Assembly: GCA_020137815.1 (NCBI GenBank)
Contig: CM035351.1
Coordinates: forward strand, 2,790,001 to 2,854,000
Reading direction: 5' to 3'
Source of the DNA: Hormiphora californensis
Lineage: Eukaryota; Animalia; Ctenophora
Length of the DNA: 64,000 nt
In this document: positions 54,959-64,000 of the stretch, piece by piece
Position numbering within the stretch: position 1 is the first letter of the stretch
Layout of the letters: the number at the start of each line of letters is the position of its first letter
Translations under genes and position numbers: made by a program
Notes under the pieces: model-generated
Databases searched by the model: none
What the model saw: the letters and a program-made list of their open reading frames with translations, nothing else
Told to the model about the DNA's origin: nothing

Positions 54959-55317
54959 ATCATTCAGGGGTGTTTTGCTTTTCTATGTTGTTTGGCTGCC
55001 CACTAAAACCCGATTCCTTTTGGTGTCTGAGTGTTAGCTCTTTTTGAGCTGAAACTTTGTGTACAATGCTTAATTTATTTATGAATGTTTATGAATGTTT
55101 ATAACCTGCTGACTTTCCATGTCATCTGAGTGTTGGCTCCTTTTGAGCTAAAGCTTTGTGTACAATACTAAATTTATTTACGAATGTTTACGAATGTTTT
55201 ACGAATGTAAAAAGTAACCAATAAACAAATCTATTTACATAAATGTAGTTATTTCACAAACAAAAATAAATGGTTGAGATTGTACAAAACTATCTTTTAG
55301 TAAACCTTGTAATGTTT

Positions 55318-55869
55318 CTACAAGGTTCCTTTCTGTAGTGCCACGATTTTTCTCTTTTTCGCATTTAATAGTTCGACACACCGTCCCAACAGATCCCTCT
55401 GAATGTTGTTACATTCAACAACTCGATCACTGAGCACTGCTTCAAGATCCGCTTTGGATTTTTGGCAATCATTCAAACTGTCTTCAGTCTCCCGAAGAGC
55501 GGTTGAATTTTCTGAATTTTCAATGAGCATTCGATTTATAAGGGCTGTTGCTGCAGACAAGGTAAACTCCTGAGACGGTATCAAAGTGAACTCAGCCCAG
55601 GTTATAGAGGATGAATCATCTTCAATTTCTTCGCTGAATGTAAGTGTTTGTTCGGCACATGACCATGAAAACTCAGAGTCAGTTGAACGGATTTTACCCC
55701 ATAGTTCATCCAGTGAAGTACCCGTTAAGAATGGAGATGTTGCTTCTAATTTGCCCTCATGTTTTTCACCGTTGATATATCTCTCCACTATAATACTGTC
55801 TCCCTTCAACTGTAAAACGACGGGCTCGCCAGATTTCGTTTGTTTAACTATGTAACCACTGAGATCCAT
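55318..55869 (-). CDS. XRCC4: XRCC4-like NHEJ protein, single exon, short
   Basis: Beta-rich head, coiled coil and the ligase-IV-binding-like motif DLLGRCVELLNAKKRKI. Confidence 0.72.
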   Translation of the reverse strand: MDLSGYIVKQTKSGEPVVLQLKGDSIIVERYINGEKHEGKLEATSPFLTGTSLDELWGKIRSTDSEFSWSCAEQTLTFSEEIEDDSSSITWAEFTLIPSQEFTLSAATALINRMLIENSENSTALRETEDSLNDCQKSKADLEAVLSDRVVECNNIQRDLLGRCVELLNAKKRKIVALQKGTL

Positions 55870-56650
55870 AGCCTGGAAATATGAAATATTTTAGTCTGAG
55901 GAGATTAGATAAAGTTTGTTTGAAGGAACTACCGACAACGTGGAATTGAAATATTAAATAGGAGTCGGCACCGGGCACTCTGGTCACAGCAGACTTGCCA
56001 GATTTAGTTTAAATTTGGTTATTTTTCTTTTTAACATTTCAAGTGTGTTCTCAGCTTACTTTGGGAAACATCTCAGCCCATTAACAACGCTAAATTTGGT
56101 TTATTTTGATTTTGGAGACTCCGTAGTAGTTTTTCAAAAAGTGACGATCGGTTTTTCAAAATTTTTAATTTTTATTTATTTGGAAAATTCAAATTCAAAA
56201 TTTACATAAACAACGAAATTCGCGCGGCTTTATATTTGCGCGTTAATCTCGCGCGTTACATCGACTTCATTAAATTTGACTCAATTATTGTAATTGACTG
56301 TTGGAAAACAGGGTAGTGAGTCGCCAGACAGATCAAATGAAATAAAATCTATACACTTCTTTCATTAATTGGAAAAATTATTTACACCAATTTCAAATCT
56401 GTACAGTTACATCTGTAAAATACTTCAGTCCTTCACGTACAGCCACTGCCACTGCCAGAGGTCTGAGTCCTGAGAGTCTCACACTCAACTGTCTCACTCG
56501 AGACTCTCAGTCACTGAGAGACTCACTCACACTGAGATTGAGTCTCTATCTTAACTTACATATGTATTTACAACTGCAGTTACAAAATACTGTTCCACTA
56601 ACCACTTTGTTGAGTTTATTCAGCAAGTTCCACTGTTCATGTTTCCATCC

Positions 56651-59600
56651 CTATTGGACCTTTCTCGATAAACTTGGTGACTTCGGCACGAGATACTTGG
56701 TGGAAGATTTCTTAATCCTCTGGATGTTAACTTTAAGGTAGATAGGTTCTAAAACTCGACCAAAGAACCGTGGCTCTGTCACATCTGAGATCTGAACAAC
56801 ATACATTCCCGGAGCACCGAACTTTAGAAGATCCTTGTCCCTCTCTGCCCTTGCTCCCTGGACCCTCCATCTGTCCCTCTCCTGAAGGGGGGATTATTAC
56901 TGTCATAGACGGTATTGAAAACCACCGAGATTGTTGCTGAGCTGTACAGTAGGGGTTGCTAAGTTGAAAAATATCGCTTTCGAACATTATGTCTGGTATT
57001 CAGTAGGTAATTTTCTACTGATATCCGAAGTTTCAGCCCAAACGGTTGAGCCACTTCGAATCGCAAGCGACTTTCATAACCCGCGTTTTTGCGTAAATAA
57101 TGAGAATTTTAGGGATAATGAAGTCAATGGAGCACTATATTTTGTATACCTTGCTGTATACTCAAAATATCGCTTTCGAACATTATGTCTGGTATTCAGT
57201 GGGTAATTTTCTACTGATATTTGAAGTTTCAGCCCGAACGGTTGAGCCACTTTGAATCGCAAGCCACTTTTGTGACCCTTATTTTCGGTGAAAAATCGGG
57301 CAAAAATCGGGAAAAAATTTTGAAATTTTAAAATTTTAAAACACGGAAATTAGTCCCTAGAACATCCCAATACATGTGCAACATTTTAAAATTGTGTATT
57401 TTTGATTTTCAACTTAGCAGCCCTACCGACATAATATAAGTTTGAACAGGGTAATGGACAATGGTAAAACTTATACCATCTGGGGCCCGGGCGTCTGAAT
57501 TTGTTGAGTCATCACTCTAGCCCCCCTAACATTACGTCTAAGTTTTATACCACCCACACTCACATCAGGGGTAGCAGATCTGTCCTTGCGACCCGGTGCC
57601 GGGCTGTTCTTTCCCTTCTTCTTAGCTTTTGGTTTTGCTTCCTCCGTCTGTTCAACCTCCTCGTCTTCTGAATCAACTACCTCCAACATCTCGTGACCTG
57701 CAGGATAATGTTTAGTAGAGGGTGGTAGTAATACTAGACACTAGTTGCTTAAAGATAATGCAGCAAGATCAGATTCATTTCATCAAATTAGAAGGGTACT
57801 TTTTTTTTTACATCAGCTAAGTAATCAGGCATCAAGCAATATTTCGACGCCCATCTGCCAATTCGATGACAGAAGCCCATGCAACAGGATCAGGTTACCA
57901 TGCAGTGACTTACCCGCGTTAGGATTGACAAATGTGAACGCTGGGATATAAATTGTTTGTTCTGCCGAACCCTCAAAATACAATGTGAGCTACACAATAA
58001 ATTATATGACCCTCACTGTACATCAAATAAATTAGGATACATTTTCTATTGATCCATTGTTCTAACCTGGAATAACAACATTGGTCCAGGAGGCGTGTCC
58101 ACAGTGTGTTTTGTGGTCGGTAGTGGTCGGTTGGGGGCTTGGCAGGCGGATATATTCGTACCCTGATCGACTTACCGGTCTCTCCTGAAAGGGGCGTATT
58201 GATTATGATGCTATTTGGTATTATCATACCACTCAGCTGCTTCAATCATGCAAGTGTTTTTTGTTGTTGCTCAACAAAGTGTTTTAGGAATTTGGTCCTC
58301 ATACTCATAGGCCTTTTCACATAGCTAAACGACTATTTTATCAGCGGTTAGCCACGACTGTCCCCGCACGTCCAGGCCACCTACTCCCAGTCCCTATCAT
58401 CCATTGCGGCAGAGCTGTCAGGCAAATGCTCTGACAACAGCAGACGGAATCACACATCTGACTCCCACACTCACAAAATCACATGCAAGTTGATTGTCAC
58501 GGCGCGCAGCAACAGAAACACCTTTCCATCCACCTCTTTCATCACACCAAGTACCACGCGCGTTACTGTAAGTGCGAGTTTGGGACAAAATATTGTGACA
58601 TTGTGACAAACAACATCTGTCAAAATCCTTGGAATGTTCGTTTATTTTCCCCATTTCACTGAAGACTTCGTGAGTGGTGTTGTACTATGCACGGTGCCCC
58701 TGAAGGACGTTCCACCTCGACCGAGCCCCCCAAAAAAACGAACGGTTGTGTGACCTAAAGGGGACCTCTGGGAACTACGCAGGACCGTGGGGGAAAATAT
58801 ATCATAGTAGCCTAAGGAGAAAATCGCATTTTCCCTCACACTGGCCAAATTCTACATTCCACACTTTCAAATCTTATTTTTTCGGCCAAAATCAAGTCAC
58901 CCTAGGGTTTTTTGACACGCCGAATCGATTGCCGCTGGAATTGGAACTCTAAATCCACGGCAACATTGTTAAAATGGCGTTTTTTGGGGTTTTTTTGCGC
59001 TTTTTTGCCCTGAACTGCATTTATATGACGAGTGAGACTTCTGACTATATTTTTAAAGTGTTCCTCGGTCGATTTTCTTCCCGATTCCAAATTTTTGTGA
59101 AAATCGGTTACCAAGTAGATAAACTGTTAAAAATACAGCACTAATGAAAAATGACTGTTTCAGATGAGAACAATGTGACGCTCATACCTTTCCAAGTAGA
59201 TCTCTTCCCAGGCAAGAAACAGTGCTACTGGTCGATCAAAACATGACTTCTACATTCCCTAGAGGATAGGAGGGAGTGGAACATGGTGAGTACAAAATTA
59301 AAATTGATTGCCAAGTTACATTAATTGTTAGACAGGATTAAATGTACGCAACCGGGTATAAAAAATTAAAAGTGTAAATGGTATAGTCATAAATAGTTTG
59401 TAATGCTGTGAGTCTATACATGAGAAGCGTTATAAGCTAGCCCCGCTCTTCCCAGCTGCAGTTTGTAGTGGGGCGAGGTCATGTTGTTCACTTTGTAGTT
59501 GGACCACAGTGCATTCCAACTAGAATGTGCGTTCTCCAGCTCCTGCTCGGAGAACATCCCTAGAGGCCTACCCAAGTTATAATCTATGAACTCCTCCAAA

Positions 59601-62600
59601 TGTTCCTCAATGATGTGGAACTTGGTGGTGGTGGATGTTCCATAGTAGGCCCTAAGTGTGGAGAGGCAATCCCTGAACTCCTGTATTGCCGACCTGTATC
59701 CTGATTGGAGAGAGGGTGGTAGATGCTACATTCGGACCATGATTTAGTGGCACCCCAATTTAGTGGCATCCCGATTTAGTGGTCAAAACCCTTTCCCGCA
59801 AGGATGTCCGAATGTAGCATCTACCACCCTCTCTCCAATCAGGATACAGGTCGGCAATACAGGAGTTCAGGGATTGCCTCTCCACACTTAGGGCCTACTA
59901 TGGAACATCCACCACCACCAAGTTCCACATCATTGAGGAACATTTGGAGGAGTTCATAGATTATAACTTGGGTAGGCCTCGACTAGGGATGTTCTCCGAG
60001 CAGGAGCTGGAGAACGCACATTCTAGTTGGAATGCACTGTGGTCCAACTACAAAGTGAACAACATGACCTCGCCCCACTACAAACTGCAGCTGGGAAGAG
60101 CGGGGCTAGCTTATAACGCTTCTCATGTATAGACTCACAGCATTACAAACTATTTATGACTATACCATTTACACTTTTAATTTTTTATACCCGGTTGCGT
60201 ACATTTAATCCTGTCTAACAATTAATGTAACTTGGCAATCAATTTTAATTTTGTACTCACCATGTTCCACTCCCTCCTATCCTCTAGGGAATGTAGAAGT
60301 CATGTTTTGATCGACCAGTAGCACTGTTTCTTGCCTGGGAAGAGATCTACTTGGAAAGGTATGAGCGTCACATTGTTCTCATCTGAAACAGTCATTTTTC
60401 ATTAGTGCTGTATTTTTAACAGTTTATCTACTTGGTAACCGATTTTCACAAAAATTTGGAATCGGGAAGAAAATCGACCGAGGAACACTTTAAAAATATA
60501 GTCAGAAGTCTCACTCGTCATATAAATGCAGTTCAGGGCAAAAAAGCGCAAAAAAACCCCAAAAAACGCCATTTTAACAATGTTGCCGTGGATTTAGAGT
60601 TCCAATTCCAGCGGCAATCGATTCGGCGTGTCAAAAAACCCTAGGGTGACTTGATTTTGGCCGAAAAAAATAAGATTTGAAAGTGTGGAATGTAGAATTT
60701 GGCCAGTGTGAGGGAAAATGCGATTTTCTCCTTAGGCTACTATGATATATTTTCCCCCACGGTCCTGCGTAGTTCCCAGAGGTCCCCTTTAGGTCACACA
60801 ACCGTTCGTTTTTTTGGGGGGCTCGGTCGAGGTGGAACGTCCTTCAGGGGCACCGTGTATGTGATTGGGGAGAGTCACGTGATCGGTCTGAGAGGCCGGC
60901 TCATGTGACATCCACCCAAAGGGTTACACATAGTACAACAGTGGGCCTGAAAAGCTCAACACGTGCAGATTTATAAGTGGGCTCCACTAATAGAAGGAAT
61001 CAGAAAAAAGGTCATCAGGGAACTCAAGAGATTTAAAATAGATTCAGTTTATTAAAATCAAGTGCTGGTTGACTGTTACCTTGTCATCTATAACAGGGCT
61101 CTCAGTACCCTGATCTACTACTACTGTAGCAGCCTGGGGTTAGCAAACAGATATGAATGGAGTGGTTTTATAACAACCAATACCTCCCTAACCTCCCAAT
61201 ATATTATCATGATTATGATATAATATCCTGGCCTGATCCCGACTTGTCCATACCTTTACACAATGTCAACTTAATTCCAACCACCCTGTACAGCAAGGGG
61301 GAGACCCCCATGTTACCTTTTCAGGGATATCCTCGTAATCAGTTTGTCTGGTACGGGGTGTCACCTCAGCTAGGTTCACCAACTTCACATCCCCGAACGG
61401 AGTGGTGAAGGTTGGAGCAGTGTCGGCCAGTTCCGGGCGCACTTTTGTACTCTTGTCCGCCGCTACAGTGGGGAATTGGGATTCAAAAAGCTTGCTTTTT
61501 TTGTGGGGAGATGAGTTAACACAGAAAATACATTACATGAAGGGTTGGACAGAAAGCATCTCTTGAACGGTATGTTGTCTACTTACGTGCGGAAAGAAGT
61601 CCAGCTTTAGTTTGTAAAACTCTCCCACTATCTCCCTCCATAACATCTCCACTGCTGTGCAAAACAGCCACCTCTGAAATGGGAGATTGTGAGGGGCTTC
61701 ATGTTGCATCTTGATATAATGTGAGCTACTTCATTCTTCATCATAACCGGATAATAACCGCGACAACTATCATTTGTAATACTGAAAAGTATTTACAATA
61801 CCGATAGTAAGATAGTACATACCGATAGAAAAAGGTTCTCCCTGAAAGACCTCTATCTCAGAAGCTCCCACAAGAGCCATACCACAAGCGAACTCTTCAG
61901 GCGGAATCTCATTGTGTATCCACAGACCACTGTACGTTATCCCTGTGGAACCAATGAGTAGTTCAAACAAAACTAGTGAACAACAACATAAATGTAGCAA
62001 GATCAGGGAAAGCTTCGTTGCAAATTTTGTTCCCATTATATACCTGTGCAGTGTATGTAAGTGCCCTGTCCTTGTTTCAGGCCATGATTGAATTGTCCAT
62101 CGTAAGTGCTTCCATCTGCGAATGTCATGTTACCATGACCATGTGGTTTATCCGACACCCACCCTCCCTCATACTTCCTGCCATCAGCCCACACCTAGAG
62201 AGGTACAGGTGACTGTTAGGAAGAGGTCTGAGAACTAGGCGCGAGTCCAGACTCCTGATAATTTGATAGTAATTGAAATCAAAATACGGGTGTTGCAACA
62301 CAACGATGAACGATATAATGTTTGCAGTTAGTTATCACGCCTAAGGAGATCCTATTTTTACCTGTTCCCCATCGCCATGTCGTTTGTGAAGGTGAAACTG
62401 TCCAGTAAAGATGTCCCCACTGTCACTCAACAACATTCCATTCCCCTCGTACTTATTCTCTAGCCACTGACCCTCGTACCTTCTCCCATCACCATACTTC
62501 ATCTGCCCCTTCCCACTCAGCTCACCCATTTCAAACTCTCCTAAAACGAGTCTGATTATCAAAATAAGTCGTACAAGTGTTATATTACCATGGCGTGTAT

Positions 62601-63058
62601 TTGATGTATTTTCAGTTGCCATGCTGACAATCTTTTTCTGCAAAGTTTTAGGAACATTTTGACAAACCAGTGTAAAAGTTTCCATTGCTCCAGGACCGTT
62701 CTCCTCTCCCAGTTATTTCCCCGTTATTAAAATCACCCTTATAGTATCCCCCATCTCTCATCTGGAGTGTTCCTTTGCCGTGCTTCACACCTGGAAACAC
62801 GCGGTTACAGGAACAGAATTTTACTTGCCTTGGTCGACCCTCTCTCTCTCTCTGCCCCCGGGTTTGAACAAAACATAGATTTACAATTCATATGGACCAC
62901 TTGATTTTGTATATACAATGTCACGTACCTTCGATCCATGAGCCGTCATATGAAAAGAAGGAATTGTGGTAATTGTACTTTCCCTGACCGTGTCTGATCT
63001 GGTTCACAATTTGTCCAACATATTTTCCGGGTTTTTCAGATTTATCGGCAGTCGGCAT
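56651..63058 (-). CDS. MORN1: MORN repeat-containing protein 1
   Basis: Multiple MORN repeats (YEGQW..GNG), GDSGRVLQTKAG and C-terminal PGMYVVQISDVTEPRFFGRVL. Exons: 63058-62929, 62790-62737, 62540-62362, 62193-62044, 61942-61823, 61673-61587, 61462-61365, 61133-61080, [unresolved small exon(s), possibly 57940-57914], 57697-57477, 56881-56651. Confidence 0.82.
56950..57425. mobile_element. MITE in a MORN1 intron
   Basis: TAGGGGTTGCTAAGTTGAAAA / TTTTCAACTTAGCAGCCCTA; internal ~105-bp direct duplication; no clear TSD. Confidence 0.7.
59414..59700 (-). pseudogene. Chapaev/Transib-like DDE transposase terminal exon (left arm)
   Basis: Reverse complement of 59843-60132 lacking one codon. Confidence 0.8.
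59843..60132 (+). pseudogene. Chapaev/Transib-like DDE transposase terminal exon (right arm)
   Basis: After acceptor CCAATCAG: YRSAIQEF..TTKFHIIEEHLEEF..LGMFSEQELENAH..W..YKV..YNASHV*. Confidence 0.8.
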
Positions 63059-63190
63059 CCTACAAAATCAGAAATCAGCATTTAATTTCGGTTTTTCTCG
63101 TTCCATTTGAAGATAAGGGTTTTTGGATTGTGCTGAGTGATTGGTTGAGTTGCTTGCTGCAAATTAGCATTGTCGATAATGCCCAGGTCT

Positions 63191-63317
63191 GCACCACGTG
63201 ACCAGTTTCAACCAATCACAACACATAACAGCTCCATCACGATTCACGCACACGTGACCCACACGTCATAAGGGCTGTTTTGAGCTGTAATTGGTTGAAA
63301 CTGGTCACGCGGAATGC
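63191..63317. repeat. Small inverted repeat with E-box and CCAAT motifs upstream of MORN1
   Basis: CACGTGACCAGTTTCAACCAAT / ATTGGTTGAAACTGGTCACGCG. Confidence 0.65.
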
Positions 63318-63339
63318 TCACTAGTTTCCGGGTTGCTCC

Positions 63340-63860
63340 TTAAAACGATGGCCGGATTTTAGTCGGATTTTTTGTCACCCGGCACCCCCAAACTCACGTG
63401 TGACGTGCAATTTGCATGTGATATTTATCCATTTTAGAGCCGTATAATACACTTTAACATGTGATTGATGCGCAAAAAGAGCGCACGAGAAGGTAGGCTT
63501 AAAAATCCGACTTTAAACTAGAATTTTTTAAGCTTTCAAATTTCTTTCAAATTTCAAATGACCATAACTCCGGTTCCTGATGAGATAGAGACTTGGAATT
63601 TGGAGGTTAGGAAGATCATGCCAAATTCTTTCGAACCTCGAAATTTCAAGTCTGTATCTTATCACGAACCGGAGATATAATGACGAATTTTATCATTTTG
63701 AGAAACGTCACTCGTTTTTAAATCCGTCTCGGGCTTCTTTTTTACTCAAAATTACACTGCGCGGCGCGAACATCGCACTTGAAAAGAAGAATTTGCGCGT
63801 CTTTGAATCGCCGCGCCATTTGAGATTTATCGCGTCGCGCGTCACGCTCCATGCCAATGT
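63340..63860. mobile_element. Probable non-autonomous DNA transposon fragment
   Basis: Starts after TTAA; AGTCGGATTTTT / AAAAATCCGACT inverted pair and a long imperfect hairpin at ~63566-63680; ends not resolved. Confidence 0.4.
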
Positions 63861-64000
63861 TACAGAATTATACCTGTACCCAGTGCCCATCATTCAACCC
63901 AGATTGAATACACTTTTTTGAGATTCGTTGGACATTCTCTAAGTCTAAAGGTAGTAGCTACACAAGCAAACAAAAACCAATGATGTTGTTATTGCAGACA

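Larger units (their letters stand above)
50575..55102 (+). mobile_element. Inner CR1/L2-group LINE, near-intact
   Basis: SL 5' end, ORF1, ORF2, 3' stem-loop AGCTCTTTTTGAGCT and (TTTATGAATG)n tail; possible GCTG duplication (50571-50574, 55108-55111). Confidence 0.9.
45687..55208 (+). mobile_element. Outer CR1/L2-group LINE, full length but inactivated, with the inner LINE inserted in its 3' UTR
   Basis: SL-like 5' end, ORF1, APE+RT ORF2, 3' UTR broken at 50574 and resuming at ~55108, ending in a stem-loop and (TTTACGAATG)n tail at 55125-55208. Confidence 0.88.
58690..60857. mobile_element. Palindromic Chapaev-derived element: two inverted copies of the transposon 3' end
   Basis: Arms 58690-59737 and 59806-60857; CACGGTG termini; 4-bp TSD TATG; each arm holds the last transposase exon. 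Confidence 0.88.
58678..60940. mobile_element. ~90-bp TGT..ACA MITE (Ginger-like termini) split by the Chapaev palindrome
   Basis: Removing 58690-60857 and one TATG gives TIR TGTTGTACTATGTG / CACATAGTACAACA with 4-bp TSD GTGG (58674-58677, 60941-60944). Confidence 0.75.

Noticed and set aside
45687-55208. The repeated 41-mer as LTRs, or the pair as a simple head-to-tail tandem
   Set aside because: APE-RT organisation without integrase, no copy at the 3' end, and two stacked 3' tails indicate nesting.
57973-58654. Cys-rich minus-strand ORF fragments in the MORN1 intron as a nested gene
   Set aside because: Several stops and frame changes and no recognisable family; possibly a decayed element, not supportable.
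58690-58742. CACGGTG plus A-rich tract as a RAG recombination signal (ProtoRAG)
   Set aside because: Spacing to the A-tract is ~33 bp rather than 12 or 23, the TSD is 4 bp rather than 5, and no RAG2-like ORF is present.
58902-59114. 70-aa ORFs mirrored at 60432-60644
   Set aside because: Non-ATG starts in subterminal transposon DNA, duplicated only because of the palindrome.
58690-60857. Palindrome as an amplification or assembly chimera
   Set aside because: It ends precisely at transposon termini with a direct 4-bp TSD, the empty site reconstructs another element, and the arms differ by indels.

Overview
Eukaryotic, intron-rich but compact animal DNA, most likely from a ctenophore. The main evidence is two exact copies of a 41-nt sequence I recognise as the ctenophore spliced leader (SL); several MITEs also resemble ones I recall from Pleurobrachia, but species identity is recall and unverified. 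Host genes: the 3' part of a very large secreted modular protein (+, 1-18364; beta-propeller, thyroglobulin-1, TIL and about 11 C-type-lectin modules), then minus-strand genes for an M1 aminopeptidase, ANKLE2, PMVK, TRMT2A, XRCC4 and MORN1, plus an intronless LDLa-GPCR pseudogene (+) inside a 5.9-kb block bounded by an 82-bp direct repeat. The most striking structure is a pair of nested CR1/L2-type LINEs (45687-55208). Each begins with the SL exon folded into a conserved hairpin, and each has a conserved U_UUU_UUA slippery site with an open -1 frame linking ORF1 to ORF2. The pair splits an operon-like XRCC4-TRMT2A-PMVK-ANKLE2 cluster. Also notable is a 2.2-kb Chapaev-derived palindrome with its own 4-bp TSD, centred on one MITE and inserted into another. 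All exon coordinates were read by eye and may be off by a few bases.
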